Source: Candidatus Poseidoniales archaeon (GTDB lineage Archaea; Thermoplasmatota; Poseidoniia; Poseidoniales; Poseidoniaceae). From it: DNA of 64,000 nucleotides. The DNA lies in the NCBI GenBank assembly GCA_038144595.1, contig JAYQOB010000006.1, positions 68,013 through 132,012 on the forward strand, in the 5' to 3' direction. The translations under genes were made by a program, and so were the position numbers. Shown one piece after another: positions 26,701 through 32,629 of the stretch (positions are counted from its first letter, which is position 1; each line of letters opens with the position of its first letter). Below the pieces are notes generated by a model that saw nothing but the letters and a program-made list of their open reading frames with translations, searched no databases and had not been told where the DNA came from.

Positions 26701-27999
26701 GCTGATGGAGGAACCGGAACACGAACTGGAGCCGAAGCTGTAGGAGTAGCGTGGAGCGAGACCACAGGACTCCAAGACCTTGACCTGGAAGGTGCGGGTC
26801 TGGCCGTAGGCGTAGTTCATGTATTTCTTCCACTCAATCTTGTCAACGGTTGCACCGCTGGGCAGAGCGCTGGAGGAAGAGAAGGTGTACTTGTGCCATG
26901 GCACATAGTAGTAGGAACCGTAGTATCTGTAGTGGTAGCGGTAGGAGCTGCTGTAGCAGTAAGCGTAGTAGATGTAACAGTAGCCACCTGCAGCGGAGTT
27001 CACACGAATGGACGGGTCAATGGCAACCGGGTAAACACGGTCTTCATCGAGGAGCCAGTCGGACTCAACCACGGTGATGAGGAGGATTTCAGGGCCGTAG
27101 ACCTGAACGAAGAAGGTTCCCATGTGGGGCTCGTCTGCACCTGCTTCCACGATCATGGGCGCAGGGATCTCCGCGAGGAGTTCACCGGTTTCGATGTGTC
27201 GGATTTGAAGGTCTTCTTGCGTCTTGAAGAGTTCTTCACCGAGCATCGTTTCACCAGAGAAGAGTGCGTAGCCAGCAGGCATGCGCAGTCCTTCGCTGAG
27301 ACCGAAGTACTCAGCAGCGTCTGGAATCACCGGAGCCTCACGGAGGATGAGGTTCTGCTTGACCTGGTTGCTCTCGACGGAGTAGTCCAGGTCAAAGCCT
27401 TCAGCAAGCGGGTAGCGGATGACGTTGCCACCAACTTCCACGCCGTTCGGGCTTGGAGGAGCGATGAAGGGCTCGGGAGCCGAGCCGGAGACATCGAGGG
27501 TCACGAGCATGGGGTTGATACCGGAGATCACCGGGTCAACGAACTCGTTTGCCTGAACCGAGATGCCGTTGGCGACTTCAGGGGCGAAGTAGGTCGTGAA
27601 GGTGTTCTCCGTCACGCCCCAGCCCTCTGGGTAGGCCTGAATGTTCAGGTCAATGTCTTCCCAAGTGCCATCGGCAGACATGTAGTGGACAGGTTCACTG
27701 GCCACCATCTGCGTGATGGAGCCGTCCTCATTGAGGAAGGCCTTGGTCTTGGCGTCTCGCATCCCTTGAAGTTCAAGCGATGGGTCGTATTCATATTCTG
27801 CTTCGGCAAGCTTCTCGGGGAGAGCAAAGTAATCCTCTGCTCCAGTCGAGTCTGCTTCCACAGACTCCACGGTTGCTGCTGTTTCGTTGTTGTCAACGTA
27901 GCCGCTCATTGGCATGAGCACCATCAATGCGCACAACAACAGTGCAACCCCGATACCGCCGAAGACGGTCTTCTTCTGGTTATTCTTGTTTCCCAACAT
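14170..27999 (-). CDS. Giant (4,609 aa) cell-surface adhesin-like protein: signal/anchor, Tyr-rich segment, right-handed beta-helix (PbH1-like) repeats, cadherin/VCBS-like NDAPV domains, TM anchor, C-terminal pilin module
   Basis: Single uninterrupted 13.8-kb ORF. ATG 27999 is preceded by GGGGTGA (SD) 7 nt upstream. N-terminus KKTVFGGIGVALLLCALMVLMPMSG. Beta-helix repeats include NNVFNDGGEIADVWLDT...ITDNEFNPSNGHAVAIYNG...IQDNTVVGGDDAFYL. Cadherin-like ends: TFTVNNINDAPV and VVFSVAPVNDAPV. Confidence 0.85.
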   Translation of the reverse strand: MLGNKNNQKKTVFGGIGVALLLCALMVLMPMSGYVDNNETAATVESVEADSTGAEDYFALPEKLAEAEYEYDPSLELQGMRDAKTKAFLNEDGSITQMVASEPVHYMSADGTWEDIDLNIQAYPEGWGVTENTFTTYFAPEVANGISVQANEFVDPVISGINPMLVTLDVSGSAPEPFIAPPSPNGVEVGGNVIRYPLAEGFDLDYSVESNQVKQNLILREAPVIPDAAEYFGLSEGLRMPAGYALFSGETMLGEELFKTQEDLQIRHIETGELLAEIPAPMIVEAGADEPHMGTFFVQVYGPEILLITVVESDWLLDEDRVYPVAIDPSIRVNSAAGGYCYIYYAYCYSSSYRYHYRYYGSYYYVPWHKYTFSSSSALPSGATVDKIEWKKYMNYAYGQTRTFQVKVLESCGLAPRYSYSFGSSSCSGSSISGSYLTSNYGGTASRSLKASIGRSPSAATVSSSGTGWKTVTLCNSATACGATSGGVSIITNALSNSGTVGVGEHYTGGSAYFYTYAYASGSRNSHLLITYSGGTDADAPTSDFVPYTGIDSYIEGERTLFIKLTDMSGIDTTSSGAPVLYYSTDGGSSWSTTTYGLGSNNQFDAGELVSIGTCSSTATDCRFKARVDDLSYGDDFQYYWKFQDLNQGSNGANVGYEPALTGTQTTPTPYQVDIVDPANAPTSHKKMTVLTTDVHAGSYYTPQGFMDRQLTYYSHSDEYFFEFDTSNCGTGSQSCFYTGTSTFYGNWLARGSTAPATGYYGMNSGSNKFNQNLWNNNGDGFLQIAAKDGPGMNIIFVYNSQLNKWATVGVDTETGIDTPLTGGSQATASVSYGFSQAYKFAIPGDITGSFGTFSFNATASSTTANRLCVTTNGWYYFYRATSYDRCTSAYYMVYGSTSSYRWSGFALGTGYYGRQASTGDITYKVGNVAPTPDTFKPEMIHSPMQDSHSKSRTVSVTILDAGDPAAGLNVSSSAGVGPTLYHRITPDGGSAGSWVSTAMSQESGKTRTECQLAACTWSAAIEDLEVNDTVEYYFSSRDVSTVSSGINSNTSSTYSFERGDPNKVFVVEWRDMSYYTYGQLCTVQALFYDVTNEIEYKYDSNCRTTYNSWSIGYMDQTRQKGASIAHSSSTSFNTNPGHVPTTSNFRISTSSSSHAWESFDKGLVEVTNADTALTGTSNGRPYLYYCISSYYWNTYKARCNANIDIPAGFEFEYFGTTYDGDDSNDRIQLSRQGSMYFISNGNTNVERSLWTYHQPSLPYSGSSLAHPCTIAPFWTGYNQYYCYVNSNQDCSVYYRVMPYEGKGTDVTADITSDPVWDLTDSPIRINPTNDYLVVSSDLTIKPGVQIYVAAGKGISFDGACTKMTALANETHPINITGLNGGEWKGMAFTDDCTSAGGTDDRHQFSHVNFMNTSDAVFRSGSRHDSSGPSCGSSTADCNTGNYTMSDVTFTNVGAVFTHGSGQGTVLTMEDFEIDGVDEACFNFPENTVATLKEGTIKNCNTDGKSWAGTIVNYPGSTAGALHAENLTVENSYVNFIDVDLQHVTVSNVTVTNPSAQTGVAIDSMYGTGSNVYLNNVDVDSYANSGINAMGSIAMMDVDLGTADLWLIPGGWSQTGNGPSSSDAVFDTITAGDITMQRIHPGTFTDITAGDISMSGSSIVSETVDMANFDIDAFTLAGCGWSMIMDAPSLESFKSTCSSSSAKNTISIGDADFAHGSSSDHVIDGRNSRITVGESTITSSSISSGTTEVAKARTGTDVVLIDVDLNGNDCSDSNGDTGNCAYDVSSSSSNPSLVYFGGLANVSVYRQTPTAKVYKQDHVVTATLLDSSMNELFQVGSHMTDVNGNTSVWVVVEDSDGTAYEDHVVRAFGTAGQNETYPDDYPDVTLASSWYPSNGYTWGTHLDLLLEPAPIVFNDPTLDCYKLINDPFYTGQSSSSGGYDLRGNFDSGTNTFTFDDTSITVSADLMLDSCGFELQGGSLRVQSTATSSPVITIKDSGFLTANNDGTSGNPAAIRAVSSTYGLHLDIQNGGTLTLDHANLRDVAWDTTTESALYIGNGATLNMMDSANIYGASANADEMATVKIQGGSANIQASSIINTGQTGTAIWIENSGATLTDIIVKNAAVGIQSYNGAPQVDGFTSTGNTVGINAYGGMSLPTIYRSTSLSGATAGWTTYKIDLSTYLGTGDYLQVGANSVFAGGNAHPSYNYATSKYYFITDRMNIMFEDDAGNEWNITDNGQEGYYPYGSNDPAVTAGTHSYNGGTGGAPSWHCNYYGYSYGPNYQSWEGYFYYLYRYWLGQSVSYPDYYEAPDEFGFGWESTDFSPTGNYQSRYPYKYWGYYSPSFYFGGAYAPPEGSNGQPSTGPGQPGNVGNPPSYAAGGYPNNYGICLDYAYTYYMNSGEGARLTYPIVDISGAVANGGNISKVYLWMDVLHRGSDNYQDRYDFVARSGNDPSDLGTYLRESGTPLFKEGSITGATTGIEIGGAFAAGHFEDIDVVGASQSGLEIVGQTSASADRLNVSSGNYGVLVSSTASGQMDLLNLDLENQAVAGVYYQTDVGGDLSGTVTGSTGAAFKYASRTSADVEFSGMTIQNNAVGIETDGSGAFTLTDVVMSNTKDVLITGSATMEFIEGTIDTNTVEVTGTGIFDRLRQLDVTLQANVSGTAEDVTGTTVILKDADGTVTGMVNTDSNGVANDLTFITQTVDSGSCANVCTANLNGYEVVASATIDYYWSGSSNNAADFRYVFETMSLTDASGNSDTVYLEDEYTARICYTSTSYVKQERCASGLSSSGSRTYSNGLVEYGYLRSHSGNDLAGETVMMDAPFMYLASGKHNWNGSTWISTASYDFDGANRMYPYYSGESSLYMHDATVTTVAVSSSGAPQGFVLGYRYYSLNIDMDNTTISGVASVIGAMGYGYYNNYELDFFKITNSTFVHYDGYSALNNAINLNDICIIMNGGDGNIIDSNNFVDCGVGVFAERSPYYYSHNTNEIGVDNLTVTNNVFNDGGEIADVWLDTTNEAQHVTITDNEFNPSNGHAVAIYNGKTEDVLIQDNTVVGGDDAFYLNRVDDFTIDGNDIGGISDDTSTGIYIFDGYGNITDNTLTDADGGMYLDSMGAPPAPTNSLCSIGSSDYRRSTSCTWNLASGKTAVVNLETDSWGYEISIEITKPDGTKDTWPTYSFNSNAAYSPLRAYTDAGNYTLAVADSWGDGGATISVVESSGATGSYAGPTVSGNTIGLSTGRTSPNAVGITASSCDSVAIQSAANTINLGDNAIVLDDCDFSDVGSTLTGDDLSSTVGIVGDDTNTILTLNGTDVSGYATGVSKENGDLFMIGGAYIAGNDYGVFAEDTYVVAIDAHVDGGATGTGLHVESSPDVWVYPMDASGAIGMYVEDTPFRWDGGVADATTALSVVDATGSVENMSWADATTQVNAGNNAHITSIGNTLDSSKIVVASSAVIDEANLMSIDSTHLGAAPAAEVALLLTSTDDERASYVSTSFQPEAMTVDGSDEDWNGGNALNPSGYAMPGVMSGDGTDDFLVTYIEGDGIYFGMTNSDLSNSDVLIYLNTGSGGSDVGYNGLGGAHELPFNANYVLWADSEGSYDLYSYGFLGWSPSSLSTANIDVDFSTSLAEFGVPWSRIGGMPSEIDIVAIVQEETTADITIAHPSQTLNSSATLQSLSKFMTVELTHGDLADGTLTSEVLVYQSYKGSTTATGQKNYDLMIKTPAACAYDWAVVEDISMATNVVFDDSYVAGTGDTTDVQSTIDIKRACPVIDTEGTNTDDGLVDFDKDEDSGAFTFSLTNLADDVQDEESSLSWTMTEGTQVAFNNDDLMDAVLNGQDVTFTPRVDQFGTQVFSFEVTDSNGLSDTHNITFTVNNINDAPVICNVERSDCMPIFSEDDGNYNILPEGFGTHTKFLGDVSNATRSYIRDMANEQAPTRQVYTWSASAVDFGTSDACSAFDVDILNNELAITENTNNELGGKCTVTLGLADDGAENQDATTFDVVFSVAPVNDAPVIKDWNRTTDTVMVADNGSIPALPWSISLMEDDENVANLTYDLSAIKADVDHDLDDLTWTVESTDQCVYTNYFTTTIVGDDLVFDLIEDATTNANDWEIDYLNNNGIHQIGPSGSEYCQIRLVLRDTPTAPTTQGEYNTYVPNYDPSVMAIADYQQGVATKEIGVRVENVREQVPDYFFDDEVGFSFNGVTNVMTGTYVPVTVAVNGGGDEGPYRYDHMLAITYHTDGHDDVELTRYYAVPDYGASVKYTEDVYITKDTTHVWVEMDVVTCLANPCDMSVTAADRFQADEPGSHYAIINNVQSDDPWSKPGQYGKNATKTSERRPLLEDTNWCNNIMTSLATADVCNHANQPASNFLATDQFLPDVVETIGASAVPSFAPSIVAVALTGLFVSALSFASRRADDEEDVESMAEDDAAVSPVIATILMVAITVVLSGVIYVWASSLAETDVKGVPRVTFDIEDVNGFDADEGHWRITVEQSQTPLATQAVEVKVFYTNATGALNTYSVNLADSAGVYGFNPANSDAFVSFVDSVTKEQISETETRSVSTFNSGDTIFVRTHAPDGTPLEDVTITLSYAPINGDGALLRTWDDLSYDKKA

Positions 28000-28052
28000 A
28001 TGTCATTCACCCCATACGGACTGTATGCAGTGCAACCCACGACTTACACCAC

Positions 28053-28059
28053 TTATATT
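28053..28059 (-). promoter_or_regulatory. TATA-like box (AATATAA) about 55 nt upstream of the giant-gene ATG
   Basis: It is the only strongly A/T-rich hexamer at the right distance. It would give a 5' UTR of about 30 nt containing the GGGGTGA SD. Confidence 0.4.
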
Positions 28060-28215
28060 GATTGGGGTGCAGAATCTTTGAAAAAATGTGACTCTCCGGA
28101 AACATACCCCCCAAATTTTGCAAAAATCCGGCACGAGATTCCGCAAAAAAAGGTAGAAATCCGGAAGAAAAATATCAACTTTGAAAATGACACCGTATTG
28201 GTTCTCGTTTGAGCA

Positions 28216-29094
28216 TCACGCGTTGGTCTGCTCATCGATGATCTTCGAGGCAATCTCACGAATATCAACCGTGTATTGCCCCGGGCGTGGCATGTCCATG
28301 GGGTCAACGCCATGGATGGCGTTCAGCCAGACGTACACGCCGGTGTCTTCCGCAATGTACCCGGCATGGCCCTTGGCATCGGTGAAGATCGAGGACTTTT
28401 TTGGTCCCGTCATTTGACGGACATCATCATCGAGTTCACCGTCTTCAAACATGGCTCGCAATTCGTACATCACGGCCCCGTGATGGAAGGTGAAGACGTC
28501 CGTGCCGGGATAATCTGCCCTAAGGTCGTCGGACAGGTTGCCCCAATATGGCCACAGGTCGAGAGTGGAGTTGGCTGCGTACTCGCTTGCGTTTTCGTAC
28601 TCCGCGGGGAAGTCCTTCCACGGCATCGCCAAACCAATGCGGACATCAGGGTTCTTCTCAACGGCGTAGTCCGTGAAATTCCAGATGGCCTGGTCGGTGT
28701 CCAAGGTCTCGATGAATTCCGGTGAGCAACAAATCATGACGAGCACGTCAATTTCACCGGTGTCGAGGAAGGCTTTGATGTTCGCTTGATGCTCAGCGTC
28801 TTCCCACAGCAATCCCGGCGAGCCGGATTCACCACCGCTGAACTCGATGTATTGGGCGTGCTCCTTGATGCCAGCCGTGTGTGCGTAGTCCTCAATCAAT
28901 CTGGCGAAGGGCCGGCCAAAACTGTGCCCGATGTAAAGGACATTCTCATCGCCCCCATCAACATCGGCCGGAACACGGTCCTCAATGTCATCACCGATGC
29001 CATCACCCCCTCCGCCTCGGCCCAAACAACCGGACAGTGAGAGGGTCAACATCAGCAGAACAACGGTTCCTGTTCGAATCAATTTCATGGACAT
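28216..29094 (-). CDS. Lipoprotein, possibly with an SGNH/GDSL-like hydrolase fold
   Basis: Lipobox LTLSLSGC. YIGHSFG near the N-terminus and DAKGHAG near the C-terminus loosely resemble SGNH blocks I and V. GGGGT SD upstream. Function is uncertain. Confidence 0.6.
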   Translation of the reverse strand: MSMKLIRTGTVVLLMLTLSLSGCLGRGGGGDGIGDDIEDRVPADVDGGDENVLYIGHSFGRPFARLIEDYAHTAGIKEHAQYIEFSGGESGSPGLLWEDAEHQANIKAFLDTGEIDVLVMICCSPEFIETLDTDQAIWNFTDYAVEKNPDVRIGLAMPWKDFPAEYENASEYAANSTLDLWPYWGNLSDDLRADYPGTDVFTFHHGAVMYELRAMFEDGELDDDVRQMTGPKKSSIFTDAKGHAGYIAEDTGVYVWLNAIHGVDPMDMPRPGQYTVDIREIASKIIDEQTNA

Positions 29095-29207
29095 TTTACG
29101 ACCCCAATCCTTTGAAGAGGTTTGGTATCAACGATGATACCGGATTTGACCTTTGATCGAGTGAATGACACCTTGAGGAAGCAAGGCTGCCACGGTTGGA
29201 GGAAAGG

Positions 29208-29245
29208 AAAAAAGAAGGCCAGAAGGGCCGCCGTGGCGGCCCTTC
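29208..29245 (-). terminator. Hairpin + oligo-T terminator downstream of the 1,046-aa surface-protein gene
   Basis: 10-bp GC-rich stem (29222-29231 / 29236-29245, loop cgtg) about 50 nt after the stop. On the minus strand it is followed by TGGCCTTCTTTTTTCCTTTCC (T6 at 29208-29213). Confidence 0.6.
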
Positions 29246-29295
29246 CGGCGTTGTACACCTCTGAGAGGTGGATGTGCGTCAGCACGGGTCAGGGA

Positions 29296-32200
29296 TCAGT
29301 AATCCCAGTCCTTGCCTTCGCCGCCTTCACCGTCTCCACGGGAGAGGATGAAAGCACCTGCGATGAACGCCACGATGACCACACCGCCGATGAGGCCCCA
29401 GGTCCAGGTTGGAACGCTGGAGGAAGCATCGTCGCCCGTGTCGCCAATGGTGCCGTTGCCGTCGTTGGTGTTGCTGTTGTCAACCACACGGGTGTCGATG
29501 ATGGAGTTCATCGAGGCAGCAGCGTCCATGTTGCCCAAAGCGTCCATGGGCACAGCGGTGAAGAAGTACTCTTGACCGGTGCGGACGGCAGGCATGTCAA
29601 TGCTGACCGTGGTGGCGTCGCCACCCATGGCTGCGTCGGGGCAGGGCGTAGGCATCTCACCGATGGTGAAGTCCTCGGTGGACCAGCACACGTGCCACAT
29701 GGCCACATCGCTGGAATCACCGGACACTTCCCACGAGACAACCCACTGGCCGTCTTGAGCTGCTACAGCAAGGTTGGTTGCTGCAACATCGCCGTCAACT
29801 TGCTTGTCGGCCACCACGCTGGCGATGCCAGGGGTGGAACAGCCTTGCTCGTTGCAAACAGCGACTTCAATGTGGTAGGTCTCACCGTGCGTGGTTTGCG
29901 AACCACTGTAGGTGTAGGTGCGGTCCTCGTCAGCCACGGTGGCTTCGAAGGCGTCGTCGCAATCGGCCTGTGCGGCGCAGATGCTCACAACAATGCTGTC
30001 GGAGTTCAGCAAGGTACCGGTGATGTCCCAGGTCATGGCGATGGCGCCACCACGCTGGGCTTCAGCGCTGAATCCACTGACGGAGGCGTCGGGGATGGAG
30101 GCTTGAGCGAGTTCACCGCCCATGAGGATCATCTTGCCGGCAGGGACAACAGGGCTGTTGTCGGGTACGTCGTAGGTGAACATCTCGGTGGTGGCGTCAA
30201 CATCGGTCGAGGCATCGGAGAGGAGAATCCACTTGCCGGAGCCGTCGATGTACCACAATGAAGTGGCTTCAACGTCCTTGGCCACGATGACCGAGATGGA
30301 CTGGTCGAGCACGTCGCTGGCCGTGTAGGTGGTGCTTGGCGTGTAGTCCAAAGCAGCCACGGCAGCGTAGGTACCGGTGAAGCCCTCGAGTTGGACGGCG
30401 TCGTAAGAGGACGCATCAGCGTCCGTGAAGGACGTGATGGTGAACTCCGACTGACCGTTGTAGTCAAGGCTGTACTGGACTTCAATGCCGGCATCGCTTG
30501 TGGCGGTCGCAACGGCGCTGTTCCAAACGAACATGTCGATTTCCTGGGACACTTCACCCATGTGGCTGTCCATTACGACCACGGTGACCGGAGAGTTGCC
30601 GATGAAGTCAGGGAGCACAGGCGAGGTACACACGGTGGCGCCTTCTGCTTGCGTTCCTGAACAACCACCGATTTCGCCACCGGGGTAGGAGTAAGCGAAG
30701 CTCAGTCCTTCACCCGATGGGTCGTCGACGTCAAAGGCCTCAACGGAGAAGACCAGCGGGGATTCCTGGCCAACGACGATGTCGCCTTCGGTGGTCAGCT
30801 CGAAGGAGGTGATCACGGGGAGGTTGTTGATGACATCAATGACCATCGTCGCACCGTTGTTGCTGGTGCGCTGGTCCGTGCCGCCAGACCATGGAACAGG
30901 GTCCTGGTCGGTGCTGCTCTTGTCGTCCATGTTCAGGTTCATGGTGAAAGTGTACTCACCGGGCTCGAGGGTGGTCTGGACACAGACCGCACCGGTTGGG
31001 GCTTGCCCACCGAGTGGGGAGTAGACGTAGGGCATGTCGATGCCAACGGTACATTCGTTCATGCTACCGGCGGCCAGGGTGGTGCCGTCGAGGGCGATGG
31101 AGTACGAGACGTCCCAGCCGTAGGCTTTGCTCGGGTCACTGCCTCGATGCTCAACATCTGCGTAGAGGAGAGAACAACCCACGTTCAGGTCGCCGTCTTC
31201 ACCTTCTTGGGTGAAGGTGCTGGCTGCACCCGTACAGTCGGAGTTGTAGCCCTGGTAGATGCCCATGCGAGAGATGCGGATGTCGTCGTAGGTGACCTTG
31301 CTGCCGGTCAACTCGTCGTAGTCCGTCTTGGGCCGGTCATCGCTGTTTTGAAGCACTTCACAGAAGTTGGCCCAGGTGGTGACGTTTTCGTCGCCCTCAG
31401 TGGCCTCGGAGGTTTCAACGCACTCGTCGTACTGGCCGTAGAGCGTGTAGTTGGCCACTTCAGCCGTGATTTCGAACTGGGCGTTGGCGTCGCCGGTCGG
31501 GATCAACTCACCGGACATTTCCCAAGCCGTCTGGTAGGAAAGGACCGAGCGAGAACCGGTCTGCGTGGCGTTGGGGTCCGTTTCGTTGGCGTAGGTCTCC
31601 ACCGTCGAGGTGGTTCCGACGGTTACGTAGGAGATGCCCTTGATGTCGTCGCTGCCGAGGGTGGCGGTAGCGACTTGGCCGGAGGTCTCCAGTCGGATGT
31701 TGACCTCGCGGGGGTTGAAGTTCTCGGAACCGTCAGCGGTGACGGTCAGTTTGAACTGGGCGCTCTGAAGGCTGCTGGCATCGAGGCTGGAGGTTTCCAT
31801 CTCTTCGCCGGCACCGTCAAGCCAGGTGAGGTCGACTTCGATGTCGTACCAGTCCTCAACGATGACGTAGACGAGCTCAGCGTCGTTGGAGGTGTCAGCG
31901 TCGACCGGGCTGTCCACGGCGATCTCGACCATGTACTCGCCTTGCGTAGGCGTCCACACGATGTCGGCACCGCTGCGCTGGAGCGTCAACTTGCCGCCGC
32001 CGAGGAAGGCGCCTGCGGCGAGTGGGTTGGTGGAGGAATCGAAGTCGCAGATGGTGCCGTCGTCGCACATGGCGTCAACGTTCTCCCACACGAGGTCGTT
32101 TCCGGAGGCGTCCTTGGCGATTCCGCCAACAGCCTGGGAAGAGTCGGTCAAGTAGATGGTGACCGAGTAGGACAACTCATCGATGTCCGCATCGCCCACG

Positions 32201-32436
32201 TTCTTGATGAAGGCCGAGAACGTGACCTCTTCACCCACTTGGAGGGTGTTGCGGCAACCAGCGATGTTGCACGTGCTTTCTTTCGGCGTTGTGATGGCAA
32301 CCACCGACGCATCTGCTCCTGCACGTGCGCCGGTTTCCTCGATTACCACTTGTTCTTCAAGCTCGTGGATGTCCATGCCGGCGAAGAAACTCGTCAACAT
32401 CAACAACACGAGAATTACAGGTGTCATATTCTTCAT
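29296..32436 (-). CDS. Large anchored surface (S-layer-candidate) protein with CARDB/Ig-like and FN3-like repeats and a C-terminal TM anchor
   Basis: 1,046 aa. Signal MKNMTPVILVLLMLTSFFAG. CARDB-like segment VGEEVTFSAFIKNVGDADID. C-terminal TWTWGLIGGVVIVAFIAGAFILSRGDGEGG. Flanked by its own TATA box and terminator. Confidence 0.8.
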   Translation of the reverse strand: MKNMTPVILVLLMLTSFFAGMDIHELEEQVVIEETGARAGADASVVAITTPKESTCNIAGCRNTLQVGEEVTFSAFIKNVGDADIDELSYSVTIYLTDSSQAVGGIAKDASGNDLVWENVDAMCDDGTICDFDSSTNPLAAGAFLGGGKLTLQRSGADIVWTPTQGEYMVEIAVDSPVDADTSNDAELVYVIVEDWYDIEVDLTWLDGAGEEMETSSLDASSLQSAQFKLTVTADGSENFNPREVNIRLETSGQVATATLGSDDIKGISYVTVGTTSTVETYANETDPNATQTGSRSVLSYQTAWEMSGELIPTGDANAQFEITAEVANYTLYGQYDECVETSEATEGDENVTTWANFCEVLQNSDDRPKTDYDELTGSKVTYDDIRISRMGIYQGYNSDCTGAASTFTQEGEDGDLNVGCSLLYADVEHRGSDPSKAYGWDVSYSIALDGTTLAAGSMNECTVGIDMPYVYSPLGGQAPTGAVCVQTTLEPGEYTFTMNLNMDDKSSTDQDPVPWSGGTDQRTSNNGATMVIDVINNLPVITSFELTTEGDIVVGQESPLVFSVEAFDVDDPSGEGLSFAYSYPGGEIGGCSGTQAEGATVCTSPVLPDFIGNSPVTVVVMDSHMGEVSQEIDMFVWNSAVATATSDAGIEVQYSLDYNGQSEFTITSFTDADASSYDAVQLEGFTGTYAAVAALDYTPSTTYTASDVLDQSISVIVAKDVEATSLWYIDGSGKWILLSDASTDVDATTEMFTYDVPDNSPVVPAGKMILMGGELAQASIPDASVSGFSAEAQRGGAIAMTWDITGTLLNSDSIVVSICAAQADCDDAFEATVADEDRTYTYSGSQTTHGETYHIEVAVCNEQGCSTPGIASVVADKQVDGDVAATNLAVAAQDGQWVVSWEVSGDSSDVAMWHVCWSTEDFTIGEMPTPCPDAAMGGDATTVSIDMPAVRTGQEYFFTAVPMDALGNMDAAASMNSIIDTRVVDNSNTNDGNGTIGDTGDDASSSVPTWTWGLIGGVVIVAFIAGAFILSRGDGEGGEGKDWDY

Positions 32437-32482
32437 GTCAATACCCCCGAAGGTTCGGTATCCCTCCCCATGCCATGTGTCG

Positions 32483-32490
32483 TATTTATA
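32483..32490 (-). promoter_or_regulatory. Consensus archaeal TATA box (TATAAATA), 47-54 nt upstream of ATG 32436
   Basis: The minus strand reads agTATAAATAcg. A GGGGGT SD-like element lies 6 nt before the ATG. Confidence 0.5.
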
Positions 32491-32629
32491 CTATGGGCCC
32501 TATGAATACGGGAAAAAATGACCCAATCTCGCCATTTGGCGCAGGTATTCGGCAGGCTGAGCCCGAAAATGAGTAGGAATGCGGCATTTCATTTCAAAAA
32601 CAGCGAACATCAGCAGGCTGAAGTTATTT

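Noticed and set aside
14356-28212. Five very long plus-strand ORFs (813, 856, 1,074, 985 and 439 aa) overlapping the giant gene
   Set aside because: They are antisense to a GC3-rich gene. Their translations are V/G/D/H/R-rich with no motifs, signal sequences or SDs. Stop-poor antisense frames are expected at this GC content, and the minus-strand ORF is continuous and domain-rich.
29122-32505. Plus-strand ORFs 29122..30261 (379 aa) and 31003..32505 (500 aa)
   Set aside because: They are antisense to the 1,046-aa surface-protein gene, with G/V/D/H-rich composition and no motifs.
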